A stretch of 59,797 bases of DNA from an uncultured Candidatus Saccharibacteria bacterium (GCA_964390265.1 CAYMHI010000005.1:1-59797); one strand, 5' to 3'. Shown: positions 29,452 through 39,241, counted from the first letter of the stretch. The notes: a model not told the origin generated them from the letters alone. Numbers and translations are program-made.

Positions 29452-30522
29452 ATGCAACCATCTACCACTCATATTGAAAAGTATTTAGAAGAAGTCATCA
29501 AAAAAGATGCTTCAGATTTGCATTTGCAAGTAGGCTTGCCGGCAATGTTGCGGGTAGACGGACGACTGGTAAAGTCAGACAACCCAATGGTACTTGGCGA
29601 GCAAGCTATAGAAGAGTTGGTATTTACACTTATTGACGACAAACAAAAAGCTCTTTTGACCAATCAGCTAGAGCTAGACTTTTCGTTTGCTTTTGGCGAT
29701 TTGGGCCGGTTTCGTGTAAACGCTTTTCACGAAAAAGGCTCGCTAGCAGCAGCCATGCGTCTTATACCTACCAAGATTCGTACCATCACAGAGCTAGGCC
29801 TACCTAAGGTGGTAGAGCAATTTAGTAACTTGCCACGTGGCTTGGTGCTTTCAACTGGCCCAACTGGCTCGGGTAAATCTACTACTCAGGCGGCTATGGT
29901 AGATCTTATAAATACCAACAAATCAATGCATATTATTACCATTGAAGACCCTATTGAATATCAATTTCACCACAAGAACTCTATTATTGTTCAGCGCGAG
30001 GTGCACTTTGATACCACAAGCTTTGCATCGGCTTTGCGCTCGAGCTTGCGTGAAGACCCCGATGTAGTACTTATTGGCGAAATGCGTGATTTAGAGACAA
30101 TAGCTACGGCTATTACTGTGGCAGAAACCGGTCACTTAGTACTAGCTACCCTACATACCAATGGTGCTGCTCAGTCTATTGATAGAATGATAGACGTTTT
30201 TCCGGCTCACCAACAGCAGCAAATAAGAACCCAGCTGGCTGGCGTGCTGCAAGGCATTATCAATCAGCGGCTTATACCAATGATAGGGGGTGGACGAATG
30301 GCAGCAGCCGAGATATTGGTTGCCAATTCAGCGGTGCGCAATTTAATTCGCGAGGGCAAAACTCACCAGATAGGTGCGGTCATTCAAACTAGCGCCGACG
30401 AAGGCATGCAATCTATGGACAAAGAGCTAGTAGAGCTAGCCAAATCTGGCAAAGTAAGCCTAGAAGAGGCTCAGATGTACGCGGTTGATCCAAAAGAGTT
30501 TGAAAGGCTAATGAGCAAATAA
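29452..30522 (+). CDS. pilT: Retraction ATPase PilT
   Basis: ASDLHL.VG.P, GPTGSGKSTT, TIEDPIEY, SLREDPDV.LIGEMRD, AETGHLVLATLHT, AIRNLIRE-like box. Start at the ATG at 29452. Confidence 0.95.
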   Translation: MQPSTTHIEKYLEEVIKKDASDLHLQVGLPAMLRVDGRLVKSDNPMVLGEQAIEELVFTLIDDKQKALLTNQLELDFSFAFGDLGRFRVNAFHEKGSLAAAMRLIPTKIRTITELGLPKVVEQFSNLPRGLVLSTGPTGSGKSTTQAAMVDLINTNKSMHIITIEDPIEYQFHHKNSIIVQREVHFDTTSFASALRSSLREDPDVVLIGEMRDLETIATAITVAETGHLVLATLHTNGAAQSIDRMIDVFPAHQQQQIRTQLAGVLQGIINQRLIPMIGGGRMAAAEILVANSAVRNLIREGKTHQIGAVIQTSADEGMQSMDKELVELAKSGKVSLEEAQMYAVDPKEFERLMSK

Positions 30523-30526
30523 GCTT

Positions 30527-31780
30527 ATGATTGAGTATCACTATACTGCCAAAGACAAAGACAGCGACAAAAAGGTAGAGGGCAAGATATCGGCCGAAAA
30601 CGAGCAAACCGCTGCCGATATTTTGATTTCAAAAGATCTTTATCCTATCAAGATTACACCACTTGATGAGCAGAATGTGTTAAGTAGGGTAAAATTTTTT
30701 AATAGAGTTAAGCCAAAGAGTGTAGTTGTATTTACTCGCCAGTTGGCTACTTTGGTAAAAGCTAGCCTGCCCATCACCCAATCACTTACCTCGGCAGTAG
30801 AGCAGGTAAGTGACAAAAATTTTAAAAGCGTACTAGAAAAAGTACTGGCCTCAGTAGAGGGTGGTCAGACTTTGGCGTCGTCGTTTGCTCAATACCCCGA
30901 TGTGTTTAATAGTGTTTATATCAATCTAGTACATGCCGGCGAAGAGTCGGGCACACTCGAGGAGACGCTAGGCCGCCTGGCCGATCAGCAAGAAAAACAA
31001 TTACAAATTACCTCTAAGGTGCGCGGGGCGCTTATTTACCCTGGGTTGGTACTATTAGTTATTGTTGGTGTAATGCTTTATATGATGGCCACAGTAATGC
31101 CGCAAATAGAGTCGCTCTATAAAGAGCTCAAAAAGCCACTGCCATTTATATCTCAAGCCACGGTGCAGATATCTAATATAACTTTTCGTTTTTGGCCAGT
31201 CACTATACTAGCTATTGTAGCTGTAATATTTGGCACCAGAGCTTATATTAATACCAAAAACGGGCGAACAAACTGGGATACGCTCAAGCTAAATATCCCA
31301 GCTATTGGCACACTGCTACGCAAAATGTATATGGCGCGCTTTAGTCGTACACTAAGTAGCCTTACCAACTCTGGTTTGCCGCTGCTAGAGTCTCTCAATA
31401 TTAGCGCCGAGGCTATCAACAATGTGGTACTGGCAAGTGCAGTTATTAAAGCCTCTGAGGAGGTCAAAAACGGTAAGTCGCTGGCGGCATCGATAGGCAA
31501 AAACAAGTATTTTCTTAAGCTTGTACCACAAATGATCAAGATAGGTGAAGACTCTGGCACTCTAAGCGACATGCTTAGCAAGGTAGCCGATTTTTACGAA
31601 GACGAGGTAGACCAGTCGGTCAAAAATATCAGTGCCATTATTGAGCCGGTACTAATGATAGTGCTGGGGCTGATGGTGGGCTTTATCATTATTGCCATAC
31701 TGTTCCCAGTCTATAGCCTGGTGGGTGGGGGAATAGATTCTACGGGTGGTAGCCAAACCGTACCTACAACCACAAAGTAG
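30527..31780 (+). CDS. pilC: Type IV pilus platform protein PilC (GspF family)
   Basis: FTRQLATLVKA.LP, AGEESG.LE..L.RLA, ALIYP, IGEDSG.L..ML and IIEPVL motifs. Confidence 0.95.
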   Translation: MIEYHYTAKDKDSDKKVEGKISAENEQTAADILISKDLYPIKITPLDEQNVLSRVKFFNRVKPKSVVVFTRQLATLVKASLPITQSLTSAVEQVSDKNFKSVLEKVLASVEGGQTLASSFAQYPDVFNSVYINLVHAGEESGTLEETLGRLADQQEKQLQITSKVRGALIYPGLVLLVIVGVMLYMMATVMPQIESLYKELKKPLPFISQATVQISNITFRFWPVTILAIVAVIFGTRAYINTKNGRTNWDTLKLNIPAIGTLLRKMYMARFSRTLSSLTNSGLPLLESLNISAEAINNVVLASAVIKASEEVKNGKSLAASIGKNKYFLKLVPQMIKIGEDSGTLSDMLSKVADFYEDEVDQSVKNISAIIEPVLMIVLGLMVGFIIIAILFPVYSLVGGGIDSTGGSQTVPTTTK

Positions 31781-31925
31781 CGCAGTAGAACACCCACGCT
31801 TTTATCTAATAAAAAGCGGTTATGCCCATTGACAGCATTCTGCTTATGCTACAAAATAGATACTAACCACACATAAGTGTGTTAAATAAATTAAATCATA
31901 CGTATTGAAAGGATAATACAAACTA

Positions 31926-32375
31926 ATGAAGCTTTCCCCCAAAAAAGGATTCACCCTAATAGAAGTAGTAATTGTGCTAGCCATAGCGGCACTTATTATG
32001 GTAATAGTGTTCTTGGCGGTACAAGGCGCACAGAGAGCACAAAGAGATAACAACTTGAAGAGCTTAGCCGGCAGAACATTAGCAGCTGCAGAACAATATT
32101 CTTCAAATAACAGCAATACTTACCCAACTAATGCTACAACTCCAGCTAATTTTGTAACATATATTAATGCAGCCGCAGGATTCAACCCTGTCCCACTATC
32201 GGCTACAAACGGTCAAGTACTTACAAATGCTGATACCGGCAAATACTATTTTGGTGGCGGTCTCAAATGCACAACGGGCACTGGTGTGCCAACAACTACT
32301 GGTGCGGCTAGTACAAATGGCGTTGTTATATGGTGGAGTGAAGTTGCTAGCGCACAACAGTGCCAAAGCAATTAG
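31926..32375 (+). CDS. pilA: Type IV major pilin
   Basis: KKG|FTLIEVVIVLAIAALIM class III signal; own promoter (TTGACA at 31829); C-terminal Cys pair; strong terminator downstream. Confidence 0.85.
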   Translation: MKLSPKKGFTLIEVVIVLAIAALIMVIVFLAVQGAQRAQRDNNLKSLAGRTLAAAEQYSSNNSNTYPTNATTPANFVTYINAAAGFNPVPLSATNGQVLTNADTGKYYFGGGLKCTTGTGVPTTTGAASTNGVVIWWSEVASAQQCQSN

Positions 32376-32392
32376 TGCATTGTCTTAGTTTT

Positions 32393-32427
32393 AACTAAAA
32401 AAAGACCCATAAGGGTCTTTTTTAGTT
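32393..32427. terminator. Intrinsic (bidirectional) terminator after the major pilin
   Basis: AACTAAAAAAAGACCC-ATAA-GGGTCTTTTTTAGTT. Confidence 0.85.
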
Positions 32428-32460
32428 GTGATTAGTTAATAATTACTACATAATAAGTTT

Positions 32461-33243
32461 ATGTTTATTATTACTGTTGCCACATTATTTTTACTAGGTC
32501 TGTGCCTGGGTAGTTTTGTAAACGCTTGGGTGTGGCGTACCAAAGTAGGCCGTAGCATTGCCACAGGCCGCTCTATGTGCCCCCATTGCAAGCATCAGCT
32601 CGCTTGGTACGAAAACCTGCCAATTATTAGCTACATTATATTACGAGGTAAATGCCGAAATTGTAGTAAACCTATTTCTATTCAGTACCCGCTAGTAGAG
32701 CTATCTACTGCACTTTTATATGTGGCGCTGTATCTACACTTTTTACCAGCTGGTAAGTTTGACTGGGCAGTGATGTTGGGTTGGTGTATTGTATCGGTAT
32801 TATTGATTGCCGCCTTTGTATACGACTTGCGCTATATGATGTTGCCCGATCAATTTATGCTGCCAGCCATTGTAGTAGCAACGCTAATGCTAGGCTTAAA
32901 TGCTTATACATACGGCTTGTCGTCTGTAGTGCCGCAGCTAGTAGCAACCGCTGTATTTGGCGGGGCATACTTTGCTCTGTGGTTTTTGAGTGGCGGTAAG
33001 TACCTGGGAGATGGCGATATACGCTTAGCAGTGGTGATGGGCCTACTTTTAACCGTACCACAGTTGCTAGTGGCAGTTTTTGTGGCCTATTTGGTAGGTG
33101 CACTGTTGGGTGTAGGGTTAATAGCCACCAAGCAAAAAAAGCGTACCGACCCTGTCGCTTTTGGGCCTTTCTTAATATTGGGGCTATACGTAGGCTTATT
33201 TTTTGGCACCCAAGTGAGTAATTGGTATCTAAGCCTTTTTTAA
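32461..33243 (+). CDS. pilD: Prepilin peptidase
   Basis: GSFVN, RSMCPHC..QL.WYENLP..SY..LRGKCRNC, YDL and G.GD..L aspartate motifs, AFGPFL. Confidence 0.95.
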   Translation: MFIITVATLFLLGLCLGSFVNAWVWRTKVGRSIATGRSMCPHCKHQLAWYENLPIISYIILRGKCRNCSKPISIQYPLVELSTALLYVALYLHFLPAGKFDWAVMLGWCIVSVLLIAAFVYDLRYMMLPDQFMLPAIVVATLMLGLNAYTYGLSSVVPQLVATAVFGGAYFALWFLSGGKYLGDGDIRLAVVMGLLLTVPQLLVAVFVAYLVGALLGVGLIATKQKKRTDPVAFGPFLILGLYVGLFFGTQVSNWYLSLF

Positions 33244-33314
33244 CTCTTACGAAGTATACAAATTATAAAGTAGCAAATAAACGTTTTGTAACATAAGTGC
33301 TATAATATATCTTA

Positions 33315-34112
33315 ATGAAATTAATTAAACGTAACACTGGTTTTACGCTTGTTGAGCTAGTAATAGTAATAGCTATATCATTACTACTAATTGGTATTGT
33401 AAGCGGGGTATACGTACTTCGTCGTCAAACCGCCTACGATGATGCTGCTCAGCAAGTGGCCTCGAGTATACAAACTATCCGCAATGAGGCCCAGCAGGGT
33501 TCTGGCGTATCGGTGAAGGGTGCTAATGGAAATGTAGCTGGAGTAACTATACAGTCTGGTGATAAAATTTATGGCCAGACTATCAAGTTTAAGCAGGATT
33601 GTGGCGGTGGTGTATCTTGTATGGAGGTAAATAAATTGTTAAGCAGGGATGTGGGTGGGGGAACGATAAAACTTTTTCCATACGATATCTACCAAGTTGC
33701 AGTACCAGAGGGGCTTAAGTTTTTTAATGTCTTATATACTAACGCTTCTTTCTCAACTGGATACACACCTACTGGTGACCCAACCAATAACGGATTACTT
33801 ACGCCCCCTACAAGCTATACAGGTGCTTGCCCAAGCAGCGGTGCTAGAGAATTGAATTGTATGCCATTGGATAATGGCCCCTATGGAGCATTTATTACTA
33901 TACCAAACTTGCAAAATAACAAAATGTTGTTAGTAAAACACCCAACTTCTTACCCATTTTCTACTCTGGGTTTCGATGAGTCGGTTGTTACTACAAAAGC
34001 ACAGTCTGGAGTTTTGTACTTGGCCTTAGCCAACTCAGATAACTCCGCACAATACTACATTGCCATAGATCTCAGTAGTAGCGGTACTATAAAGGTGATA
34101 AAAGTAAAATGA
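33315..34112 (+). CDS. Minor pilin (N-methylation motif)
   Basis: TG|FTLVELVIVIAI. Confidence 0.85.
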   Translation: MKLIKRNTGFTLVELVIVIAISLLLIGIVSGVYVLRRQTAYDDAAQQVASSIQTIRNEAQQGSGVSVKGANGNVAGVTIQSGDKIYGQTIKFKQDCGGGVSCMEVNKLLSRDVGGGTIKLFPYDIYQVAVPEGLKFFNVLYTNASFSTGYTPTGDPTNNGLLTPPTSYTGACPSSGARELNCMPLDNGPYGAFITIPNLQNNKMLLVKHPTSYPFSTLGFDESVVTTKAQSGVLYLALANSDNSAQYYIAIDLSSSGTIKVIKVK

Positions 34113-34714
34113 GACTTAGAAACCTCAAACCACACCGTGGCGACACTCTCATAGAAGTAATATTTGCTTTTGCCATCCTCGGTACTATTATCGGCTTTGC
34201 TTATACAGGCGTAATACAAGGGCGTAAAACCGCCGTGGCTGCTCGTCAGCGTACCCAAGCGCTACTCATTGCGCAATATCAAGCCAGAGCGCTGGGTGCG
34301 TATCGTGCTAGCCTGCCGTGGGATAGCAGTGGTGGCACCCCTAATGTTATAGGCGGGGGAAGTCCGCAAAACGCAGCCATAGTCTTAGTAACCAGCGCGG
34401 GTGATGTTACTAACTTTTGTCTCAGGCCTGTAGGTCAAAAATGGAGCTTAATCAATATCGCATCTGGTGGCACCAACTGCGATGCCGGATTGGCAGATGA
34501 GTTACCTGCACCAAATGCTGGCAGTGTTAATCAAACTGTAAAAATTAGAACTTCTTTTACTGGCTTTGCATCTACCAATTTGGGCTCAGGGCCAAATTGT
34601 TACACTATTACTACCTGTCCGCTCATAAGAGCAGAGGTGGGAGTGTACTGGACAGATCCATTTGGTGTGCAATCGAGTGTAAAAGACTTTGTTATCTTAA
34701 ATAGGGGCCAATGA
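34109..34714 (+). CDS. Minor pilin (PilV-like)
   Basis: RG|DTLIEVIFAFAILG, followed by R..AL..AQ.Q. Confidence 0.8.
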   Translation: MRLRNLKPHRGDTLIEVIFAFAILGTIIGFAYTGVIQGRKTAVAARQRTQALLIAQYQARALGAYRASLPWDSSGGTPNVIGGGSPQNAAIVLVTSAGDVTNFCLRPVGQKWSLINIASGGTNCDAGLADELPAPNAGSVNQTVKIRTSFTGFASTNLGSGPNCYTITTCPLIRAEVGVYWTDPFGVQSSVKDFVILNRGQ

Positions 34715-35328
34715 ACAAATATATAGCTCACATAAAAAATAGACACTGCGGCTTTACTCTAATTGAACTTATTTTTGCCATCACGCTATTATCGGTAATG
34801 CTAGTAATAATCATAACGGCATTTATTGGGGTGTTGCGTTTTTCTGTATGGTCGCGCACCACTCGTACCAATCAGGCTGCAGCTCGTGAGACTCTAGATT
34901 CTCTAACGCGCTTAATAGAAGCCAACGATATCGTATCGGTCGCTTCAGGTACAATTTGTCTCAAAAAACCTCTCGAGAACGAAAGTTATAAGATCTTTGT
35001 TTCGCCAGTTACACCGAAAGTGGTAGTTAAACAAACGTTTCTAAACAATGCAAACTGTAGTGGCCTCCTCAATTTTACATACGAAGCTATATCTAATACC
35101 ACTCTTGCCGTACAGTCACTAACATTCAGCAATAAAATAATTGGCGCGGTGGGCAGCGACTCATACTTAGCCACTCACCCGCAGTCTGTAGATAGTAGTA
35201 CAAGCATAATTATTGATATGATAATAGTGAACGGCAATGCAACTAGCCCTGGCGGAGTATGGCAATGTTCACCGTCTGATAATTTTTGCGATGTGGCCAA
35301 GTTTACTACGGCGGTATCAGGCAATTAA
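34711..35328 (+). CDS. Minor pilin (PilW-like)
   Basis: CG|FTLIELIFAITLLSVM; Cys pairs. Confidence 0.83.
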   Translation: MNKYIAHIKNRHCGFTLIELIFAITLLSVMLVIIITAFIGVLRFSVWSRTTRTNQAAARETLDSLTRLIEANDIVSVASGTICLKKPLENESYKIFVSPVTPKVVVKQTFLNNANCSGLLNFTYEAISNTTLAVQSLTFSNKIIGAVGSDSYLATHPQSVDSSTSIIIDMIIVNGNATSPGGVWQCSPSDNFCDVAKFTTAVSGN

Positions 35329-35382
35329 GGTGGGGCATTGCATTGCCATTCAAATATTATTGGTGTAATATAAGCATAAGCA

Positions 35383-36417
35383 ATGAAGTCAATAAATTCA
35401 TCAAAGCATAGATTTCCAACAGGTGTAACCTCGCTACTTGTAGTAGTAGGTATTTCGCTAGTCTTTGTGGTTATGGTTACCGGCCTTACAGCTTTGTCTA
35501 TTAGAGAGTCGCGCCAAGCAACCAATACCGATCTATCTAATAGAGCCTTGGCTGCAGCTGTAGCTGCCAACAATGTAGGTTCAGAAATACTCAATACCTA
35601 CCCAACTATTCAGGTTCCTAACTGTCAAGATAGTACACAGGTTGTGAATGGCCCATCTCCACTAACCCCAGATAATTTTAATTCTTTGACAAAACCAGTA
35701 GAAAGCTCTACCACCGACAACAAGGTAGAAATAGTTTGCCGTACCATCACCAGCCAGGGTGATGCCATTGAAGAATCATTAAAACAAAATGAACTATCAC
35801 AAATTTATACCTATGTTCCCAATATCAATATGCCTGAAACAGTCGATCTTAAGTGGGGCAGCTTGTCGAGCAGCCCTTTGCCTGCTGGGTACCAACCATA
35901 TGCAGATAGCGGTTTTACCGACGGTACACCCTCAGCCCTAGAGTTGACGGTATTGTCGTGGAACAGCGGGGTGCTTACTACCCCCAAGAGTCCAACAGAT
36001 GTAGCTAGCGGTCTTACTAGTAGAACTAAGCTATTGGTGCCAGACTCGACTCTTTGTAATGGCACACCTGCCGACGGCTATAAGTGTAAGGTCTCACTAA
36101 CGCTCAACTCTCCAACCGAACCTTTAATTGGCTTAAACACAAACAGAGTAGTTGTACAGCTCAAACCTCGTTACAACAATACAGGTTTTAAAATATCATT
36201 TAAAAACAATTTGGGTAGTACTTTTAAGGTGCAATCATCACGAGCTACCATTGATACAACAGCCAAGGTAGGTAGCCAATACAGAAGAGTAAAAGCCTAC
36301 AAAAACTTGTTTGGTCAGAGCTTTGTAGGAGACGTAGTCTACTCCAACGATAGTATTTGTAAGAATTTAAAAGTTGAAGCAAGTACAGCGCTTATAAGCG
36401 CAAATAATTGTCCTTAA
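35383..36417 (+). CDS. PilX-like minor pilin
   Basis: TG|VTSLLVVV (no Glu5), RESRQATN.DLS.RA.AAA, and C-terminal A.IDTTA..G...RRV.A. Confidence 0.7.
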   Translation: MKSINSSKHRFPTGVTSLLVVVGISLVFVVMVTGLTALSIRESRQATNTDLSNRALAAAVAANNVGSEILNTYPTIQVPNCQDSTQVVNGPSPLTPDNFNSLTKPVESSTTDNKVEIVCRTITSQGDAIEESLKQNELSQIYTYVPNINMPETVDLKWGSLSSSPLPAGYQPYADSGFTDGTPSALELTVLSWNSGVLTTPKSPTDVASGLTSRTKLLVPDSTLCNGTPADGYKCKVSLTLNSPTEPLIGLNTNRVVVQLKPRYNNTGFKISFKNNLGSTFKVQSSRATIDTTAKVGSQYRRVKAYKNLFGQSFVGDVVYSNDSICKNLKVEASTALISANNCP

Positions 36418-37331
36418 TTGGCTTTATTGCCGGAGTGATATTTGAGGTGTGCTTTGTGTAGCTGCGGATCGGTTACGTGTGTGTATACCTGAGTAGTAGC
36501 TATATTAGTATGTCCCAACAAACTCTGCACACTACGTAGGTCGGCGCCATTGGTGAGAAGATCGGTCGCAAAACTATGGCGCAGAGTGTGGGGCGTAACA
36601 TGCTTGGCAATACCGGCTTTTTTGGCGTAGCGCTCTACAATACGCTGTATTGAACGTACTGTAAGTCGAGTATACTCACCGCCGTTAAAGTCGGATTGTG
36701 TGCCACGGTAATGCACAAATAGAGGAGTATAGTCGTCTTGGCGGGCCTCAATGTATTGGGCTAGCACATTGGCAGCCGATTCGCTTACGTACACAGGCCG
36801 GTCTTTTTGTCCCTTACCTCGCACCGAGAACTCGCCAGTTTTAAAATTGAGATCTTTAATATTAAGTGCAGCCAGCTCAGATACCCGCAGGCCAGTAGAG
36901 AAGAGTAGCTCTACTATCGCCCTGTCGCGTAGGCCAATGACGTTGTCGGTATTAATAGCCTCAAATAACCTCACAACTTCATCTTGAGTCAAAAAGCTCA
37001 CTTGCGGGCGCTTGCTAGTGGCTAGTTCTATTTTTTCTGGTGCTAGTGATTCAATATCGCGCCTAGCCAAGTACTTGAGAAAACTACGCATAGCTATGAG
37101 GTGATAATTCTGAGTGGCTTTACCCATAGTGCGGCCATCGTCACCAGTGTAGCGGTTGAGCCACTGGCGCCATTTTGATATTGTTTGGGCATTTATTTTA
37201 GATACTTTTATGTCGTCGCTAAACTCTACAAATCTGTTTAGGTATAGACTATAGTTTTCAATAGTCTTAAGGCTACGGCCTTTTTCTACCTCTAAGTATT
37301 CTAAAAAATCACTCATGTATTCGCTAAACAT
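36414..37331 (-). CDS. Tyrosine recombinase, XerC/XerD family
   Basis: RD.AI.ELLFSTGLRVSEL, GKGQKDR, HTLRHSFAT.LL..GADLRSVQ.LLGH..IATTQVYTH. Start set at the ATG at 37331. Confidence 0.93.
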   Translation of the reverse strand: MFSEYMSDFLEYLEVEKGRSLKTIENYSLYLNRFVEFSDDIKVSKINAQTISKWRQWLNRYTGDDGRTMGKATQNYHLIAMRSFLKYLARRDIESLAPEKIELATSKRPQVSFLTQDEVVRLFEAINTDNVIGLRDRAIVELLFSTGLRVSELAALNIKDLNFKTGEFSVRGKGQKDRPVYVSESAANVLAQYIEARQDDYTPLFVHYRGTQSDFNGGEYTRLTVRSIQRIVERYAKKAGIAKHVTPHTLRHSFATDLLTNGADLRSVQSLLGHTNIATTQVYTHVTDPQLHKAHLKYHSGNKAN

Positions 37332-37390
37332 AACTATATTGTACACGCCGCGTCGCACAATGAGCAAATAATTATTGTTATAATGTAAGG

Positions 37391-38038
37391 ATGAAAATAA
37401 CCATGCCAAATATTTCAAAAGAACTCAATAAAGTCACCGACCTGGCCGCGTGTATTACAGCAGATGCAAAACTTAGTGGAATTTTGGCTCGTAAACAAAC
37501 CCTAAGCGGTGTCGTAGCCAAGTCGCTAACTATTAAAGACACTAGGTTTGAGCAGATCGCTATGACTGGCTGTGAGCTGCGCGACTGCTGGCTAGATGAT
37601 GTTGTTTTTAGTAATTGCGACATTTCTGCCAATAAACTACCCAAGCTGTCTGTAGACCGTGCAGTCTTCAAGTCAACTAGGCTTAGTGGCATACAATTGC
37701 ATGAATCGTTACTCAAAGATGTGAGTTTTGTAGATTGTAAGCTCGATTTGGCAAACTTTCGCTTTGCCAAGCTAAAAAACGTTCTCTTTGATAGCTGTGT
37801 GCTGACAGAGGCCGTCTTTGCTGGTGCGTTATTCAATTATGTATCATTTGATAATTGCGAGCTAGATAAAGTCGACTTTTCAAATACTAAGTGTACCAAA
37901 TTAGATTTGCGAGGTAGTAGTATTGTCGATGTTATTGGTATTTCTTCACTCAAAGGAGCGATTGTATCGCCTGAGCAATTAATAAGTTTAGCACCACAGC
38001 TAGCGGCCGAGATTGGCCTTGTGGTAGAGCAAGATTAG
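37391..38038 (+). CDS. Pentapeptide repeat protein
   Basis: Repeated [AC][DN][FL]xx units (CKLDLANFRFAKLKNVLFDSCVLTEAVFAGA...VDFSNT...DLRGS). Confidence 0.88.
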   Translation: MKITMPNISKELNKVTDLAACITADAKLSGILARKQTLSGVVAKSLTIKDTRFEQIAMTGCELRDCWLDDVVFSNCDISANKLPKLSVDRAVFKSTRLSGIQLHESLLKDVSFVDCKLDLANFRFAKLKNVLFDSCVLTEAVFAGALFNYVSFDNCELDKVDFSNTKCTKLDLRGSSIVDVIGISSLKGAIVSPEQLISLAPQLAAEIGLVVEQD

Positions 38039-38060
38039 TAAATATTCTATAAAGAAAAAC

Positions 38061-38082
38061 GACACCACTAATGGTGTCGTGC
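38061..38082 (-). terminator. Terminator of the 38099-38407 gene
   Basis: On the minus strand ACGACACC-ATTAGT-GGTGTCGT, followed by TTTTC. Confidence 0.65.
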
Positions 38083-38098
38083 AGATGAAGTCTATGGT

Positions 38099-38407
38099 TC
38101 AGACCTCACCTTCAGTTGGGACAATCTTGACTGCCGTACCCACGGCCATAAGACCATTCGACCCATTTTCTAGGGTAAAGCTAGTAACGACTAGGCCTAC
38201 TACGGCATTGGCGCCGCGTTCAAGCGCACACCCCCGCATCATATATAGTAGGGTTGTATAGCCATCAAGTGTATTTTTGTCTCTACCTTGCATGGGCCCC
38301 GTGCAACAAATGGGGTATTCACCAACAACTTCTACAACTGAATACTCAGGGTATGTGTCGGTAGTGACGACGGGAATGTGCGCAACTTCTTCTGGGCTGG
38401 GAAACAT
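38099..38407 (-). CDS. YbjQ/UPF0145-like (heavy-metal-binding family) protein
   Basis: IPVVTTD..P.Y.V.EVVG...M...A.ERGANAVVGL......MAVGTAVKI; SD AAAGGA. Confidence 0.75.
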   Translation of the reverse strand: MFPSPEEVAHIPVVTTDTYPEYSVVEVVGEYPICCTGPMQGRDKNTLDGYTTLLYMMRGCALERGANAVVGLVVTSFTLENGSNGLMAVGTAVKIVPTEGEV

Positions 38408-38517
38408 TTTGTTCCTTTCTAGGGTGCTACAGAGAGGGCTATCCTCTCACCACAAACTTCAATACTCTTTGTTATCCTAAATTTATTTCAGGATCTCAAG
38501 TTGAAATCTCTGGTGAG

Positions 38518-38550
38518 CCCCACACCACCGTGTATTGAGGTGGTGTGGGG
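38518..38550 (-). terminator. GC-rich 3' hairpin of the ORFan pair 38557-39187
   Basis: CCCCACACCACC / GGTGGTGTGGGG, a perfect 12-bp stem with no T-tract. Confidence 0.6.
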
Positions 38551-38556
38551 TAGAAC

Positions 38557-38871
38557 TCATGGCGCAATCGGCGCTGTGTCGGCATCATATACCTGGTTGC
38601 CGTCAAGGTCGTACGCGTCTGCTTCTTGGTAGGTGCCAAATCGACGTTCTTGCACGATGAAACCGGGCAAGTAGTACCTTTTGCTAGTCGATTCGCTGGC
38701 CTTTTTGGCCCACTGCCCCATGGCTTCTTGCACCTCGGGCTGATTGACGGCATGGTGCTTGTCTGGCACGTCGCCACGCCAGATGGTGTGAAGCTTGCGG
38801 CTGTACTTTGGTGTCAGCGGCCAAAGCCAAGAACGCCTGAACGAAATGCCTCGCACTCTTACTTTGGACAC
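38557..38871 (-). CDS. Hypothetical protein (104 aa, ORFan)
   Basis: GTG start at 38871 after a purine-rich GAAAGAAG. This is the distal, protein-like part of the 157-aa ORF in the track. Confidence 0.55.
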   Translation of the reverse strand: MSKVRVRGISFRRSWLWPLTPKYSRKLHTIWRGDVPDKHHAVNQPEVQEAMGQWAKKASESTSKRYYLPGFIVQERRFGTYQEADAYDLDGNQVYDADTAPIAP

Positions 38872-38890
38872 GGTTGATCTTCTTTCTTTC

Positions 38891-39187
38891 TCAGAACATC
38901 TGCCAAAGCTGGTTGCGGGTGTAGCGTCCACCCGAGAAGCTGAGGCCTCGTTCTTCGATGAATTTGCGGAGAGCCTCGAAGCGATCGAGCGCTTCGTTGA
39001 TAGTCTGGTCGCGGCTTGCGGTGCCAGCATCGTAGTCGCTGTAGTCTGCGAGCGCCCAAACTACCTGTCGCTCAATCTTGGTGAGCAACTCCTCTAGGGT
39101 GAGGATGTTGTGACTACCTAATTGCTCGTGCGTCTTGGGGTCGATATTTAATGTGCACAGCATGGTTTCGCTGACTTGGGTGGGCAT
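38891..39187 (-). CDS. Hypothetical protein (98 aa, ORFan)
   Basis: AGGAG SD, ATG start, promoter TTGACT-17-TATAAT at 39270-39242. Confidence 0.65.
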   Translation of the reverse strand: MPTQVSETMLCTLNIDPKTHEQLGSHNILTLEELLTKIERQVVWALADYSDYDAGTASRDQTINEALDRFEALRKFIEERGLSFSGGRYTRNQLWQMF

Positions 39188-39241
39188 ACTTCCATCTCCT
39201 GAGTGTTTGACTGAATCGACGTAGTTACGTCGAACGTGTGT

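Noticed and set aside
36414-37331. Tyrosine recombinase as an integron integrase driving the cassette array
   Set aside because: The segment after GKGQKDR lacks the IntI-specific insertion (the LP.AL.RKYP...W.W..FP type motif) and the protein looks like ordinary XerC/D. No canonical RYYYAAC...GTTRRRY attC pairs were found; only ATCTAAC at 51371 fits one end.
38557-39187. A single frameshifted gene spanning the 98-aa and 157-aa ORFs
   Set aside because: The first ORF stops at 38891, and a purine-rich SD plus an in-frame GTG at 38871 give a clean second gene. A two-gene operon is simpler.
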